Of a stretch of DNA of 64,000 nt, positions 1 through 10,207 are shown piece after piece. The DNA comes from Brachyspira murdochii (lineage in GTDB: Bacteria; Spirochaetota; JAAYUW01). Position 1 is the stretch's first letter. Each line of letters starts with the position of its first letter. The notes under the pieces are model-generated. The model had not been told where the DNA came from, searched no databases, and saw only the letters and a program-made list of their open reading frames with translations. The translations under genes were made by a program, and so were the position numbers. The stretch is from contig DYJT01000010.1 of the NCBI GenBank assembly GCA_020722965.1, positions 1,469-65,468 on the forward strand, given 5' to 3'.

Positions 1-1034
1 CTGGTTTCTGGAACTACTATTGTTCCGTTTATAATATCTTCGATAGCCTTTGCAACAGCATCTTTTACTCGCTGAGGTATTTTGTCAGCAAAATTATGAA
101 AACTAGATAAACCAACTCCACCTTCTTTTATACCGTAAGTAATATTTGTACCACCCTGGAATGTTCCGTCGATAACTGATTTAACTGTCAAAAATGTTGC
201 TTCTGCAAATTTTTTCACAGCAGAAGTAATGATAACATCGGGGTTTAAATAATTTTGATCAATATCTACACCTATTGCATATCTCTTTTTTTGTCTTGCT
301 GCTTCAAAAACACCATATCCAGTAAGACCTGCTATCTGGAAAATGATATCTACACCTTGTTTATAAAGAGTGGTAGCAACTTCTATACCTCTTGAGTAGT
401 CACTAAAATTATAGGTAACAACTGAAATAACTTCGCATGTAGGATTAACAGCTTTTACACCAGCGTAAAATCCTGCCTGGTATCTTTCTACAGGAGGAAT
501 GTCCATACCAAGAACCATACCAACCTTATTTTCTTTGTTTAAATTTGGAAGAGCATTTGAATATTTATATGTCAAAAGTCCTGCAACAATACCTGCAAGA
601 TATCCAGCTTCATGTTCTTTAAAAAGGATACCTGTTGCATTTTTTGGTGCTTTTTCGGGATCAACAAAGATATCAACACCGGCGAAATAGGTTTGCTGAT
701 TATTTTTAGCTGCCTCTATCATAGCATCAGCCATTAAAAATCCCACTGCAAAAACAATCTTCGCATTTTCATTGGCTAAAAAAGTAAGATTTTGTACATA
801 GTCAATTTGCAGCTGTGATTCAACAACTTTAACATCAACTTTGAATTCAGCTTTTGCTTTTAAAAGACCATAGTAAGTTTCATCATTATAAGACTTATCG
901 CCAAGACCACCAATATCTGTAACCATACCAACTATAATTTTGGCTGTTTCATTATTTTTCTGCCCGAAAAATACAATACTTATTGCGATTAAAGAAAGCA
1001 CTACAAGGATTGTAATTAGAACTTTTCTTTTCAT
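1..1034 (-). CDS. BMP-family (Med/PnrA-like) ABC transporter substrate-binding protein; C-terminus runs off the window start
   Basis: ORF open to position 1; ATG at 1034 preceded by AAGGAGG; N-terminal hydrophobic signal/anchor MKRKVLITILVVLSLIAIS; GDKSYND and AGFYAG motifs typical of basic membrane protein family SBPs. Confidence 0.8.
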   Translation of the reverse strand, partial: MKRKVLITILVVLSLIAISIVFFGQKNNETAKIIVGMVTDIGGLGDKSYNDETYYGLLKAKAEFKVDVKVVESQLQIDYVQNLTFLANENAKIVFAVGFLMADAMIEAAKNNQQTYFAGVDIFVDPEKAPKNATGILFKEHEAGYLAGIVAGLLTYKYSNALPNLNKENKVGMVLGMDIPPVERYQAGFYAGVKAVNPTCEVISVVTYNFSDYSRGIEVATTLYKQGVDIIFQIAGLTGYGVFEAARQKKRYAIGVDIDQNYLNPDVIITSAVKKFAEATFLTVKSVIDGTFQGGTNITYGIKEGGVGLSSFHNFADKIPQRVKDAVAKAIEDIINGTIVVPET

Positions 1035-1269
1035 TTTAAAATCCTCCTTATGCATTAGCCAAAATATATTATAAATCATTTTTTATAATATTAAAAAAAT
1101 TATTAAAATTTTTTTTTGATAAAATAAAAGATATAACAGATAAGAGAATCAAAATAAAAATTGGAATAAAAAAAGAAAAAATAAAAGATAAAATAAGAAA
1201 AATTAAATATGAAAAAACAATAAAGAAAAATGAAAATAAAGAAAAAATAAAAGAGGTAACAAAAATTTT

Positions 1270-2223
1270 CTAACTGGTTTTCTCTATGGAAAAATCTAAC
1301 CCCAATGCCTTTGGTGGTCTAGATTTTCTAACAAGACCCGCAACTAAAATAACTGTCAACAGATAAGGAAACATTGTGAAGATTTCAGAAGGCATATTGA
1401 CAATTTTAATTGCCTGGATTTTAAATTGGAAAGCATCTGCAAATCCAAATAATAATGATGCTAAAAAAGAACCTATAGGATTCCATCCACCAGATATATT
1501 TGCAGCTAAAGCAATAAACCCTCTACCGTTTGTCATCCCTTCTGTAAAGGAAGTTCCATTTTCAATAGCAAGATAAGTTCCAGCTAAACCACATAAAAAA
1601 CCTGAAATAATAACTGCTATATATCTCATTTTAGATACAGAAATACCAAGAGTTTCGATTGCTAGTGGATGTTCTCCGGCAGCTCTTATATGTAGTCCTA
1701 TTTTTGTCTTATTCAGGAAAATTGTTATCGTTATAATTATTATAAATGTCATATATATAATTGGTGTCTGAGAAAATAATACTGGTCCTATTACAGGAAT
1801 TTTCGAAAGTAATGGGATAGAATATCTATAATCACCTAAAGATACTTTAACGAGATCTGTTGTTCCTGGATGCCCAATGAAAACTATCATTAAGTATCTA
1901 GTTAAGCCGAGAGCGACTATATTTAAAACTGCTCCTGAAACAACATGCTCAAGGTGTAGTGTAATCGTAGCTACAGCATGGATTAAAGAGAAGATTATCG
2001 AAAATGTGACTCCAGCTAATAGGCCTAACCAGGGGTTATTTGTTGATAATGTAACAATTGCTGAGAAAAAAGCTCCAACAATCATTATACCTTCCATTGC
2101 GATATTAACTATACCTGATTTTTCACAAACCGTAGCTCCAATGCTGGCAAGAATTATAGGGGTACTTAACCTTATGGTCCCAAATAAAAGATCTACATTG
2201 AATATTGATAGAAGTTCTTTCAT
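1270..2223 (-). CDS. ABC transporter permease (BMP/ribose-type inner-membrane component)
   Basis: 317 aa polytopic membrane protein; TPIILASIGATVCEKSGIVNIAMEG motif typical of this permease family; directly upstream (same strand) of the BMP SBP. Confidence 0.8.
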   Translation of the reverse strand: MKELLSIFNVDLLFGTIRLSTPIILASIGATVCEKSGIVNIAMEGIMIVGAFFSAIVTLSTNNPWLGLLAGVTFSIIFSLIHAVATITLHLEHVVSGAVLNIVALGLTRYLMIVFIGHPGTTDLVKVSLGDYRYSIPLLSKIPVIGPVLFSQTPIIYMTFIIIITITIFLNKTKIGLHIRAAGEHPLAIETLGISVSKMRYIAVIISGFLCGLAGTYLAIENGTSFTEGMTNGRGFIALAANISGGWNPIGSFLASLLFGFADAFQFKIQAIKIVNMPSEIFTMFPYLLTVILVAGLVRKSRPPKALGLDFSIEKTS

Positions 2224-2368
2224 AAATCTTCCTTTAAGCTTATGAATAAACCTATTTAATTATTAGATTTAATCTCCTTGATTAATATATATCAATTATT
2301 ATTAATTTCAATTTATAAATTTATTAATTTTTCTATCTTTTTTTTATTAATTAATTATAATTTTTTAG

Positions 2369-3697
<1,329 letters not shown>

Positions 3698-3707
3698 TTT
3701 ATAAAAT

Positions 3708-3745
3708 AACCGGGATCGATGGATTTTTTACCATATATCCCGGTT
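3708..3745. terminator. bidirectional intrinsic terminator between convergent eno and the 3878-4333 gene
   Basis: inverted repeat AACCGGGAT ... ATCCCGGTT flanked by T-runs on both strands. Confidence 0.5.
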
Positions 3746-3877
3746 TTATTACTATTTTTTGCTATCTTAATTTCGCCATTAACAGAATTTTAAACCCTAT
3801 ACTGCGTTTTTATATCTATTTAAGTTATCATTATTTGGCTATTTTTAGCATTTAAAAATATATCTCGCTTTTTAATT

Positions 3878-4333
3878 TTATTTTTTTACACTTACGAATT
3901 CGACACCATCTGCGTCATAAATATGAACCTCTTCATCTTCAACAAATACATACATCCCTTGATCTATATTCAAACCATTTTCTTTAGCAGTTTTAAATAT
4001 GTCATCTAATGGAAATTGATTATTTGGAAAATTTTGAACTGGAATTTTATCGGCAAACTTAGCAAAGGCTATTGGTAAAGTAATATTAACCTTTTTAACC
4101 CCATTTTCATAAACATGAACGACAATTTTCCCTTTTACATTCGGTATTTTAACCTTATTTGCAGGTTGTTCTTCCCTTTCATCCACTTTCTCTTGAGCTT
4201 CTTCTTTTAGTATCGATTCTTCAAGTATATTTATTAATCTATCTGCATCTTCTGCACTTATTTTTTTCTCTTCGACCATTTTTAATATCTTCATCTTCTC
4301 TTCTTCTAATTCAAAAAAATATGAGTTATTCAT
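3878..4333 (-). CDS. hypothetical protein, third gene of DUF2089/DUF4097 cassette
   Basis: 151 aa ORF overlapping the upstream gene by 8 nt; N-terminal MVEEKKISAEDADRLINILEE motif resembles the C-terminal KIAEKDAVELL motif of the upstream DUF4097 protein. Confidence 0.55.
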   Translation of the reverse strand: MNNSYFFELEEEKMKILKMVEEKKISAEDADRLINILEESILKEEAQEKVDEREEQPANKVKIPNVKGKIVVHVYENGVKKVNITLPIAFAKFADKIPVQNFPNNQFPLDDIFKTAKENGLNIDQGMYVFVEDEEVHIYDADGVEFVSVKK

Positions 4334-5357
4334 TCCCTTCTCCTCTGTTTATTTTCCTAAAAAGATATTCTTCAAAAATTGAATCTATTTCTGAATCTGT
4401 AAAACCGAAATTTTTTAGTAGCTCTACAGCATCCTTTTCCGCTATTTTGCCATCTAATAATAGTTGAATAAATTTTTCTCTTTCATCTTTTTTGGATGAT
4501 TCTTCAAAAGCAGATTTTATGGGTTGTATAGATGAATAAGAAAAAACTTTTTCAGAAGCCGTAAACTTTCCTTTAATATAAATATCTCCCGATAAAGTTC
4601 GCGCCGTAATATTTGGGACAGAAACTGATTTATCTATTTCGACACCATCTATATTTATATCTCCAGATAAGGTATTGAATTCCCCATTAACTTTTGTTTT
4701 TGGACATATTATTTTTATATCACCAGATTTCAGATCTGCCATAATCTTATTGAAACTTAAAAGCTCTAGATACATATCACCAGAAATAGTTTTTAAATCT
4801 ATTTCGTCTATATAACAATTTTTAAGGCTAATATCTGAGGATATCCCTTTTATCTTTGTTTTCCCAAGTTTTGAATTATTTAATATAAGATCAGATGAAG
4901 TCGAAGAAAAAATAAAAACCTTTGTTGATAGACTCTGGGCAGAAAAATCACCAGAAGTAAGTCTAACATCAATTGTGCTGGTAATTATATCAGCGTTTAA
5001 ATTGGAATTATACTTGTTTACCTCATATTTTGATGATTTGTTTTCAATAAATAAATCTCCAGAAGCTATTGATATAAATAATGAGATGGATACTGGTATT
5101 TTTATATTAAAATTTTTTGCATTAAAAAAACTATAGTTTATAAAACTTCTTTTTTTTTCGATCAATTCTATTTTATCGGGTTTTTGTAATATTTCAAAAT
5201 CCTTATTTAAGATGGCATCTGTTTCTATAACAATGCTGCTGCCATCATATTGTTCAATATGCAAATCAGCCGATGAAAGTTGAAAAGAAAAAGATTCTAT
5301 ATTTGTAGAGTTGTATTCTATTTCTCTTCTTTCCATTTTTACATCCTTAATATTCAA
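4326..5357 (-). CDS. DUF4097-family protein (putative beta-helical 'adhesin' repeats)
   Basis: 343 aa; repeated SGD(I/M)xI / TLSGDI strands characteristic of DUF4097; overlaps both neighbouring genes (coupled translation). Confidence 0.7.
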   Translation of the reverse strand: MNIKDVKMERREIEYNSTNIESFSFQLSSADLHIEQYDGSSIVIETDAILNKDFEILQKPDKIELIEKKRSFINYSFFNAKNFNIKIPVSISLFISIASGDLFIENKSSKYEVNKYNSNLNADIITSTIDVRLTSGDFSAQSLSTKVFIFSSTSSDLILNNSKLGKTKIKGISSDISLKNCYIDEIDLKTISGDMYLELLSFNKIMADLKSGDIKIICPKTKVNGEFNTLSGDINIDGVEIDKSVSVPNITARTLSGDIYIKGKFTASEKVFSYSSIQPIKSAFEESSKKDEREKFIQLLLDGKIAEKDAVELLKNFGFTDSEIDSIFEEYLFRKINRGEGNE

Positions 5358-5721
5358 TTTCTTTTAATAATTGAATCGCTTGTTCTGAGGTAATTTCACC
5401 TTTTTCAAGTTTTGCCAGCACCTCTTTTCTCTTATTCTGATAATCATCTTTACCTTCGACTTTATATCCTAAAGTTTCAATTATCTCATCAAGCTTATTT
5501 CTAACAGTTGGGTATGATATCCCAAGTTCCTTTTCTACCTCTTTTATGTTGCCTCTATTTCTAATAAAAGTCTTTACAAATAAAAGCTGTTCATCGGTCA
5601 ATTTAAAAAAACTATCCAATTCAAATTCACTGGAAATAGTTAAATTGCATTCCTTACAAAAAAGAGAGGTTACTGTTAATACACCTCCACATACCGGGCA
5701 TCTTCCAATCATCTTTTTCAT
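5347..5721 (-). CDS. DUF2089-family protein (N-terminal Cys4 zinc ribbon + HTH)
   Basis: CPVCGG...CKEC zinc ribbon followed by HTH-like segment ELGISYPTVRNKLDEI; first gene of a three-gene overlapping cassette. Confidence 0.7.
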   Translation of the reverse strand: MKKMIGRCPVCGGVLTVTSLFCKECNLTISSEFELDSFFKLTDEQLLFVKTFIRNRGNIKEVEKELGISYPTVRNKLDEIIETLGYKVEGKDDYQNKRKEVLAKLEKGEITSEQAIQLLKEIEY

Positions 5722-5942
5722 TTTTCCCCCAATTTCATCGTTAATTAATATATAAACTATTTATATTAATATGTCAATATTATTAATAATATTTATTTTA
5801 TATTTAACATATTTAATTTTTAACTCAATTTTATTCTACTTAATATTAAATAGATTAATTTAAAATTTAAATTATTTTTATTTTAATGATTATTTTTTAA
5901 ACGAAGATATTTCAATAAGAAACTGATAGATTGAAATAACCA

Positions 5943-6938
5943 CTAATTTATAGATAAATTCTCTTCCAGAGAATTAATTGACTTGAATTGAAGTTTTGAA
6001 ATAAGAAAATTACTTAGTCTGGCGGTTATTTTTATTAATTTGTCGTATAATAGTGGGACATATGTGTACAAGATTATAGCAGCGAAAATCCCTCCGATTA
6101 CATCTATAAAATAATGAGCATAAAGATATACCGTGGATAACATTAGCGTCAATGTCAGAGGAAACACTATTGGCATTAGATTTTTGTTGTAAATCCTATT
6201 TAAAAATAGAGCTATCAATGAAATGGCGACATGTGATGATGGGAAAGCCGCTCCGCCTAAATTAGATGAATTAAAAATCTTCTTCATTAGCTCTGTAAAA
6301 TAAAAACCCTGAAAATTCGAGTACCAAACATTGTGAAGTGATTCGATGTAAAATTTAGGTCCTTTTACAGGGAAAAAAATATACCAGACATATAAAAACC
6401 CAAAACTAAAGGTAGTGATAAAGAAACAATAGTGAGCCAATTTTACTTTTTTCCTGGCAAATAATATCCACCAACCTGCTGTTATCAAAAGATAATAAAA
6501 AAAATAGGAAAAAAAGAACAACTCGTTAATATATCTATTTGTTATAAAGGTTTTACTAAACTCTACTGCTGGCTGGTAATGAAATATAAGAAAATCAAGA
6601 TATGCAAAAATAGAATCAAAAGATTTATTATTATAAAACAATTGAGATAGATTAATACATTCTGGGAAGTAAATAATATAAAAAGCCTGACCATAAAATA
6701 ACCTGAAAAATTGCACTACCTTATTTTTTATGGGGTTTGAATATTTAATCCAGTAAAATACAGGTATGTTTATAAACAAAAAGAATAAACCCATTAGAAT
6801 CTGTCTATCAAATTTAAAATTACCAATATTTATGTATAGTTTTCCTAAATTGATAAAGCTGAAAATAGAGAATAATAGATTTAATGCTATGATTACAAGA
6901 TCAATAGGATATATAGAGTATCTTTTCTCTTCCATCAT
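5943..6938 (-). CDS. polytopic membrane protein with C-terminal PAP2_C / sphingomyelin-synthase-like (IPC-synthase-like) motifs
   Basis: 331 aa, multiple TM helices; motifs FPSSHVA (PSGH-like) and HYFIDVIGG...Y (HYTxDV-like) near the C-terminus; 4-nt overlap with the upstream epimerase gene. Confidence 0.6.
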   Translation of the reverse strand: MMEEKRYSIYPIDLVIIALNLLFSIFSFINLGKLYINIGNFKFDRQILMGLFFLFINIPVFYWIKYSNPIKNKVVQFFRLFYGQAFYIIYFPECINLSQLFYNNKSFDSIFAYLDFLIFHYQPAVEFSKTFITNRYINELFFFSYFFYYLLITAGWWILFARKKVKLAHYCFFITTFSFGFLYVWYIFFPVKGPKFYIESLHNVWYSNFQGFYFTELMKKIFNSSNLGGAAFPSSHVAISLIALFLNRIYNKNLMPIVFPLTLTLMLSTVYLYAHYFIDVIGGIFAAIILYTYVPLLYDKLIKITARLSNFLISKLQFKSINSLEENLSIN

Positions 6939-7951
6939 TTTACCAACCCTTCTTCCTTATACCAATTATATATATCATCCAATCTTGCTTCCTGTTTAAT
7001 CGAATCAATATCCATTAACCTTTTTGTTTTTTCATTTGAAAGTAACCAACTTGTTTGTAAAAATTCATTCAGTTTTTCAACATTAACAATATTCGCTTTT
7101 TTGTTAAAATATGATACAAAAGTCATTATAAATGTTGCTATCCTAAATATAAATTTAAATATTGGAATTTTTAAGATAAGTCTTTTCCCCTTTTTATATT
7201 TAATTTTTATAATAGCTCTTAAGAAATCTCTTATTTTAATAGGATTATCATAACAAAAATGTAATATTTTTTTATCTATCTGTTGCTTTTCGATTAAATC
7301 ATATAAAAGTCTAACTGCATCCTGTGCGAAAATGTATGATAAAATGTATTGATTCCATGATGTATCTATTATTATGCCTTTGCTTGCTATCTTAAACAAC
7401 ATTAAGGAATCCATATCATATTTACCAAATATTGCCGGGTATCGAACAATTATCCAGTTTAAGGTAGATTCTTTTAAAAGTTCTTCTACTTGCATCTTAC
7501 TTTTTCCATAGCTTGAGATTGGATTGTAGTCAGAATCTTCATTTAAGAATTTATCATATGATGGGCCAAGAACCGATTGTGAAGAAATAAATATAAATTT
7601 TTTAATTGGTAACTTTTCTTTAGTAATAACTTCAACCAGATTTTTTGTAACAATATAGTTACCATTCAAAAATTGCTCATAGGAAAATCCTTTAGTTACC
7701 CCTGCGGCATGAATTAATATATCAATAGAATTTAAAGAATCTTTAATATTAATTAAATCATCGTAATTTATAGTTTTAATTATTATAGAATTATCTTCCC
7801 TCTGATACCTGCTTTTAAATGATTTATCCTCTTTCCGTGTAAAACCGACTATGTTAAATTTTTCTTGTAGATAAATATTTTTTAAGTAATAATCTAAAAA
7901 ATTCTTCCCAAGCATCCCGGAAATTCCGGTAAAACCGATATTAATTTTCAT
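6935..7951 (-). CDS. NAD-dependent epimerase/dehydratase (extended SDR) family protein
   Basis: N-terminal Rossmann GFTGISGMLG (GxxGxxG); 338 aa; YxxxK-type catalytic region (SSYGKSK). Confidence 0.75.
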   Translation of the reverse strand: MKINIGFTGISGMLGKNFLDYYLKNIYLQEKFNIVGFTRKEDKSFKSRYQREDNSIIIKTINYDDLINIKDSLNSIDILIHAAGVTKGFSYEQFLNGNYIVTKNLVEVITKEKLPIKKFIFISSQSVLGPSYDKFLNEDSDYNPISSYGKSKMQVEELLKESTLNWIIVRYPAIFGKYDMDSLMLFKIASKGIIIDTSWNQYILSYIFAQDAVRLLYDLIEKQQIDKKILHFCYDNPIKIRDFLRAIIKIKYKKGKRLILKIPIFKFIFRIATFIMTFVSYFNKKANIVNVEKLNEFLQTSWLLSNEKTKRLMDIDSIKQEARLDDIYNWYKEEGLVK

Positions 7952-7988
7952 CGCTGTATCTCTTTATATTCTTAAATTTGCTATATAT

Positions 7989-8128
7989 GTTTTTTATATA
8001 TTTTTCATATTTTTTTGTTTTTTATATTCTTTTTGTTTCTTTTATATTTGTTTTATACGTTTTATGTATATTTTTCATATTTTTTTGTTTTTTATATTCT
8101 TTTTGTTTCTTTTATATTTGTTTTATAA
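7989..8128. repeat. 70-bp perfect-period tandem duplication (2 copies) in the rluD / epimerase intergenic region
   Basis: copy A 7989-8058 and copy B 8059-8128 differ at about 3 positions; T-rich on plus strand (A-rich on the transcribed minus strand); causes spurious poly-F ORF 7978-8184. Confidence 0.9.
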
Positions 8129-8144
8129 ATAATTTTTATATTTT

Positions 8145-9104
8145 TTATATTTTATTTATACCGTTATCCTTCATAAAATTGTAAAATCTATCGGATAATT
8201 CAATTTCGAATTCCATATATTTACCATTCAAGGGATTGAGAAAGCCAAGTTTTTTAGAAATTAAAAGCATACCATAATTTTCATAATTTGTGTTTTGTTT
8301 TTTACCGTACAGAATATCTCCTATTATAAAATGACCTCTACTGCTAAATTGAACCCTTATCTGATGAGTTCTTCCTGTCTTTAAAGTTATATCTACTATG
8401 CTAAAATCATCATTTTCAGCGATTAATTTATAGGCTAAAATAGCATCCTTCCCCTTCTGTGAAACTTTATATTTCAATCTATTATTTGGGTCTCTACTCA
8501 ATTTATCAGTAAATTCAGAATTTTCTAATTTTATCTTTCCATTTAAGATAGCAAGATATTTTTTTTCTATTTTTCTTTCCATGAAAAGTGATTTAAGATA
8601 TGCTTGAGCCTCTATTGTTTTTCCAAAAATCAAAAGTCCTTCGGTATCTTTATCCAATCTGTGAACCATTCCACAATCTGGTAATGGAACTACCCCATTA
8701 TCAATTAGATAATATTTGACATAATTCAATATAGTATTCGAAGGATGTCCAATAGATGGGTGAGTAGGGATATTAAAAGGTTTTCTTATCAATAAAAACC
8801 AATCATCCTCATAGATGATATTTAAATCATATTTCTGAGGTATAATTTCGGTATAATCTTCTGGTATTTTTAAGTAAATTTCGACTAAATCATCTGGTTT
8901 AACTATCTTTGATAATTTTTCTTCTTTTTTATTTATTAATAGTTTATAAGTATAATTTGATATTCTACTTCTAGAATAACCGCTATAAGAGGACAAAAAT
9001 TTATCAACTCTTTGAGATATTGAATCCTTTGGAATCCTGATCTGGAAAAATTCAACTTCATCTTCTTTTTCAATGACCTTATCTATCTTCATCCTGATCT
9101 TCAT
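8145..9104 (-). CDS. rluD: RluA-family 23S rRNA pseudouridine synthase with N-terminal S4 domain (RluD-like)
   Basis: HRLDKDTEGLLIFGKT catalytic motif; S4-like N-terminus; sits immediately downstream of lspA, as in many bacteria. Confidence 0.8.
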   Translation of the reverse strand: MKIRMKIDKVIEKEDEVEFFQIRIPKDSISQRVDKFLSSYSGYSRSRISNYTYKLLINKKEEKLSKIVKPDDLVEIYLKIPEDYTEIIPQKYDLNIIYEDDWFLLIRKPFNIPTHPSIGHPSNTILNYVKYYLIDNGVVPLPDCGMVHRLDKDTEGLLIFGKTIEAQAYLKSLFMERKIEKKYLAILNGKIKLENSEFTDKLSRDPNNRLKYKVSQKGKDAILAYKLIAENDDFSIVDITLKTGRTHQIRVQFSSRGHFIIGDILYGKKQNTNYENYGMLLISKKLGFLNPLNGKYMEFEIELSDRFYNFMKDNGINKI

Positions 9105-9783
9105 CTTGATTAACTTGTTGATAATCCTGGTTTTCTGACTTCATTACATCTTCTTGAAAATGTTCTTGAGAATGTTCTTGAGAATTTTCTTGAGAATGTT
9201 CTTGAAGGTCTTCTTGAAAATCTTCTGTTTCAAGTTCCTTCTTTTTTTTGTTTTCGTAGGGTTCTATAATAAAATAGTAGATTAAAAGCATGATAATACC
9301 AATTGTTACGAAAAAATCTGCCATGTTAAATATTGGAGTTGAACCTACATAATATCTACCTATCCTATTTATTGGAAGTGGAAGCACAAATTCTAAAAAA
9401 TCTACTACTTTGCCCTTTATTAATCTATCTATAAAATTACCCCAGGCTCCGCCTATCAGTATTGAAAATGTTATAAGAAGATAATTAGATGTAGAATCAT
9501 GCAATATTATAAAAATAAAATAACCAAGTAGAATTATTAATGCTATAATAGTTATTATTACAACACCATTGAAAGTTTTACCATCGTTTAAATTTGATCC
9601 AATACCAAGCAAAAAACCATAATTTGTTATATATCTAAAATTCAAAACACCCGGGATGATAGATTTAAATGAATAAAGTTCCATATTTTTTGAGATTAAA
9701 TATTTAGATATCTGATCAACGAATACCGCTAAAAATATTATTAACAAAGCTATCAGGATTCTTTTCAATAATCTATTATTCAT
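9079..9783 (-). CDS. lspA: lipoprotein signal peptidase II with unusual acidic repetitive C-terminal tail
   Basis: NYGFLLGIGS and FNMADFFVTIGII LspA motifs; C-terminal QEHSQENSQEHSQEH repeat encoded by about 12-nt DNA repeats 9150-9235; 26-nt overlap with rluD. Confidence 0.85.
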   Translation of the reverse strand: MNNRLLKRILIALLIIFLAVFVDQISKYLISKNMELYSFKSIIPGVLNFRYITNYGFLLGIGSNLNDGKTFNGVVIITIIALIILLGYFIFIILHDSTSNYLLITFSILIGGAWGNFIDRLIKGKVVDFLEFVLPLPINRIGRYYVGSTPIFNMADFFVTIGIIMLLIYYFIIEPYENKKKKELETEDFQEDLQEHSQENSQEHSQEHFQEDVMKSENQDYQQVNQDEDQDEDR

Positions 9784-9829
9784 TTTTTATCCTTTTTTAA
9801 TCTATTTTAAAACTGCCTTTTGATTTAAA

Positions 9830-10204
9830 TCAATAAAATATATCATGGATTATTATATTAAAACTGATAGATATTATAGATACCCATATAAATCTATTTT
9901 CTAAAGTATTAAAGGAATCGGTCATAACACCATAAGAAAGGAAATGATAGAGTTTCACTATATTTGAAATATAAAAATATAGAACTGGTAATAATAGAAA
10001 AAAGATATTTTCTGCTCTCGATAAAATAGACTCATCATCTAATCTGTTATTTAGTCTATTTAATTGAAAAAAACTTAAATCAAAAATATTATAAAGATAA
10101 AGATTATTCTTTGTCGTAAAGTCGAATGAATTTAAAATATCATTATTAGATGATTCAAAATATTGAAATTGAAAAAGAAATGGGATAAAGCACAATAGAT
10201 ACAC
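9830..10204 (-). CDS. hypothetical small protein (GTG start, coupled to mtnP stop)
   Basis: GTG 3 nt after mtnP stop with GAGGAA RBS; low-complexity 124 aa product, no recognisable domain. Confidence 0.3.
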   Translation of the reverse strand: MYLLCFIPFLFQFQYFESSNNDILNSFDFTTKNNLYLYNIFDLSFFQLNRLNNRLDDESILSRAENIFFLLLPVLYFYISNIVKLYHFLSYGVMTDSFNTLENRFIWVSIISISFNIIIHDIFY

Positions 10205-10207
10205 TGA

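Noticed and set aside
1035-1269. Treating the A-rich permease-SBP spacer as another copy of the 70-bp repeat family
   Set aside because: Shared words (aaatatgaaaaa, ataaaag) are short and of low complexity in about 30% GC DNA; similarity could be compositional. Kept only as a remark inside the findings.
1376-2245. Plus-strand ORFs 1376-1576 and 1877-2245 (and many similar 60-120 aa antisense ORFs throughout, e.g. 3006-3643, 14909-15235, 19115-19388, 41705-42031)
   Set aside because: They lie antisense within well-supported conserved genes, have no RBS, and show low-complexity composition typical of AT-rich antisense frames.
7978-8184. 68-aa poly-Phe/Ile ORF in the ORF track
   Set aside because: Entirely generated by translation of the T-rich 70-bp tandem repeat; no RBS, extreme low complexity.
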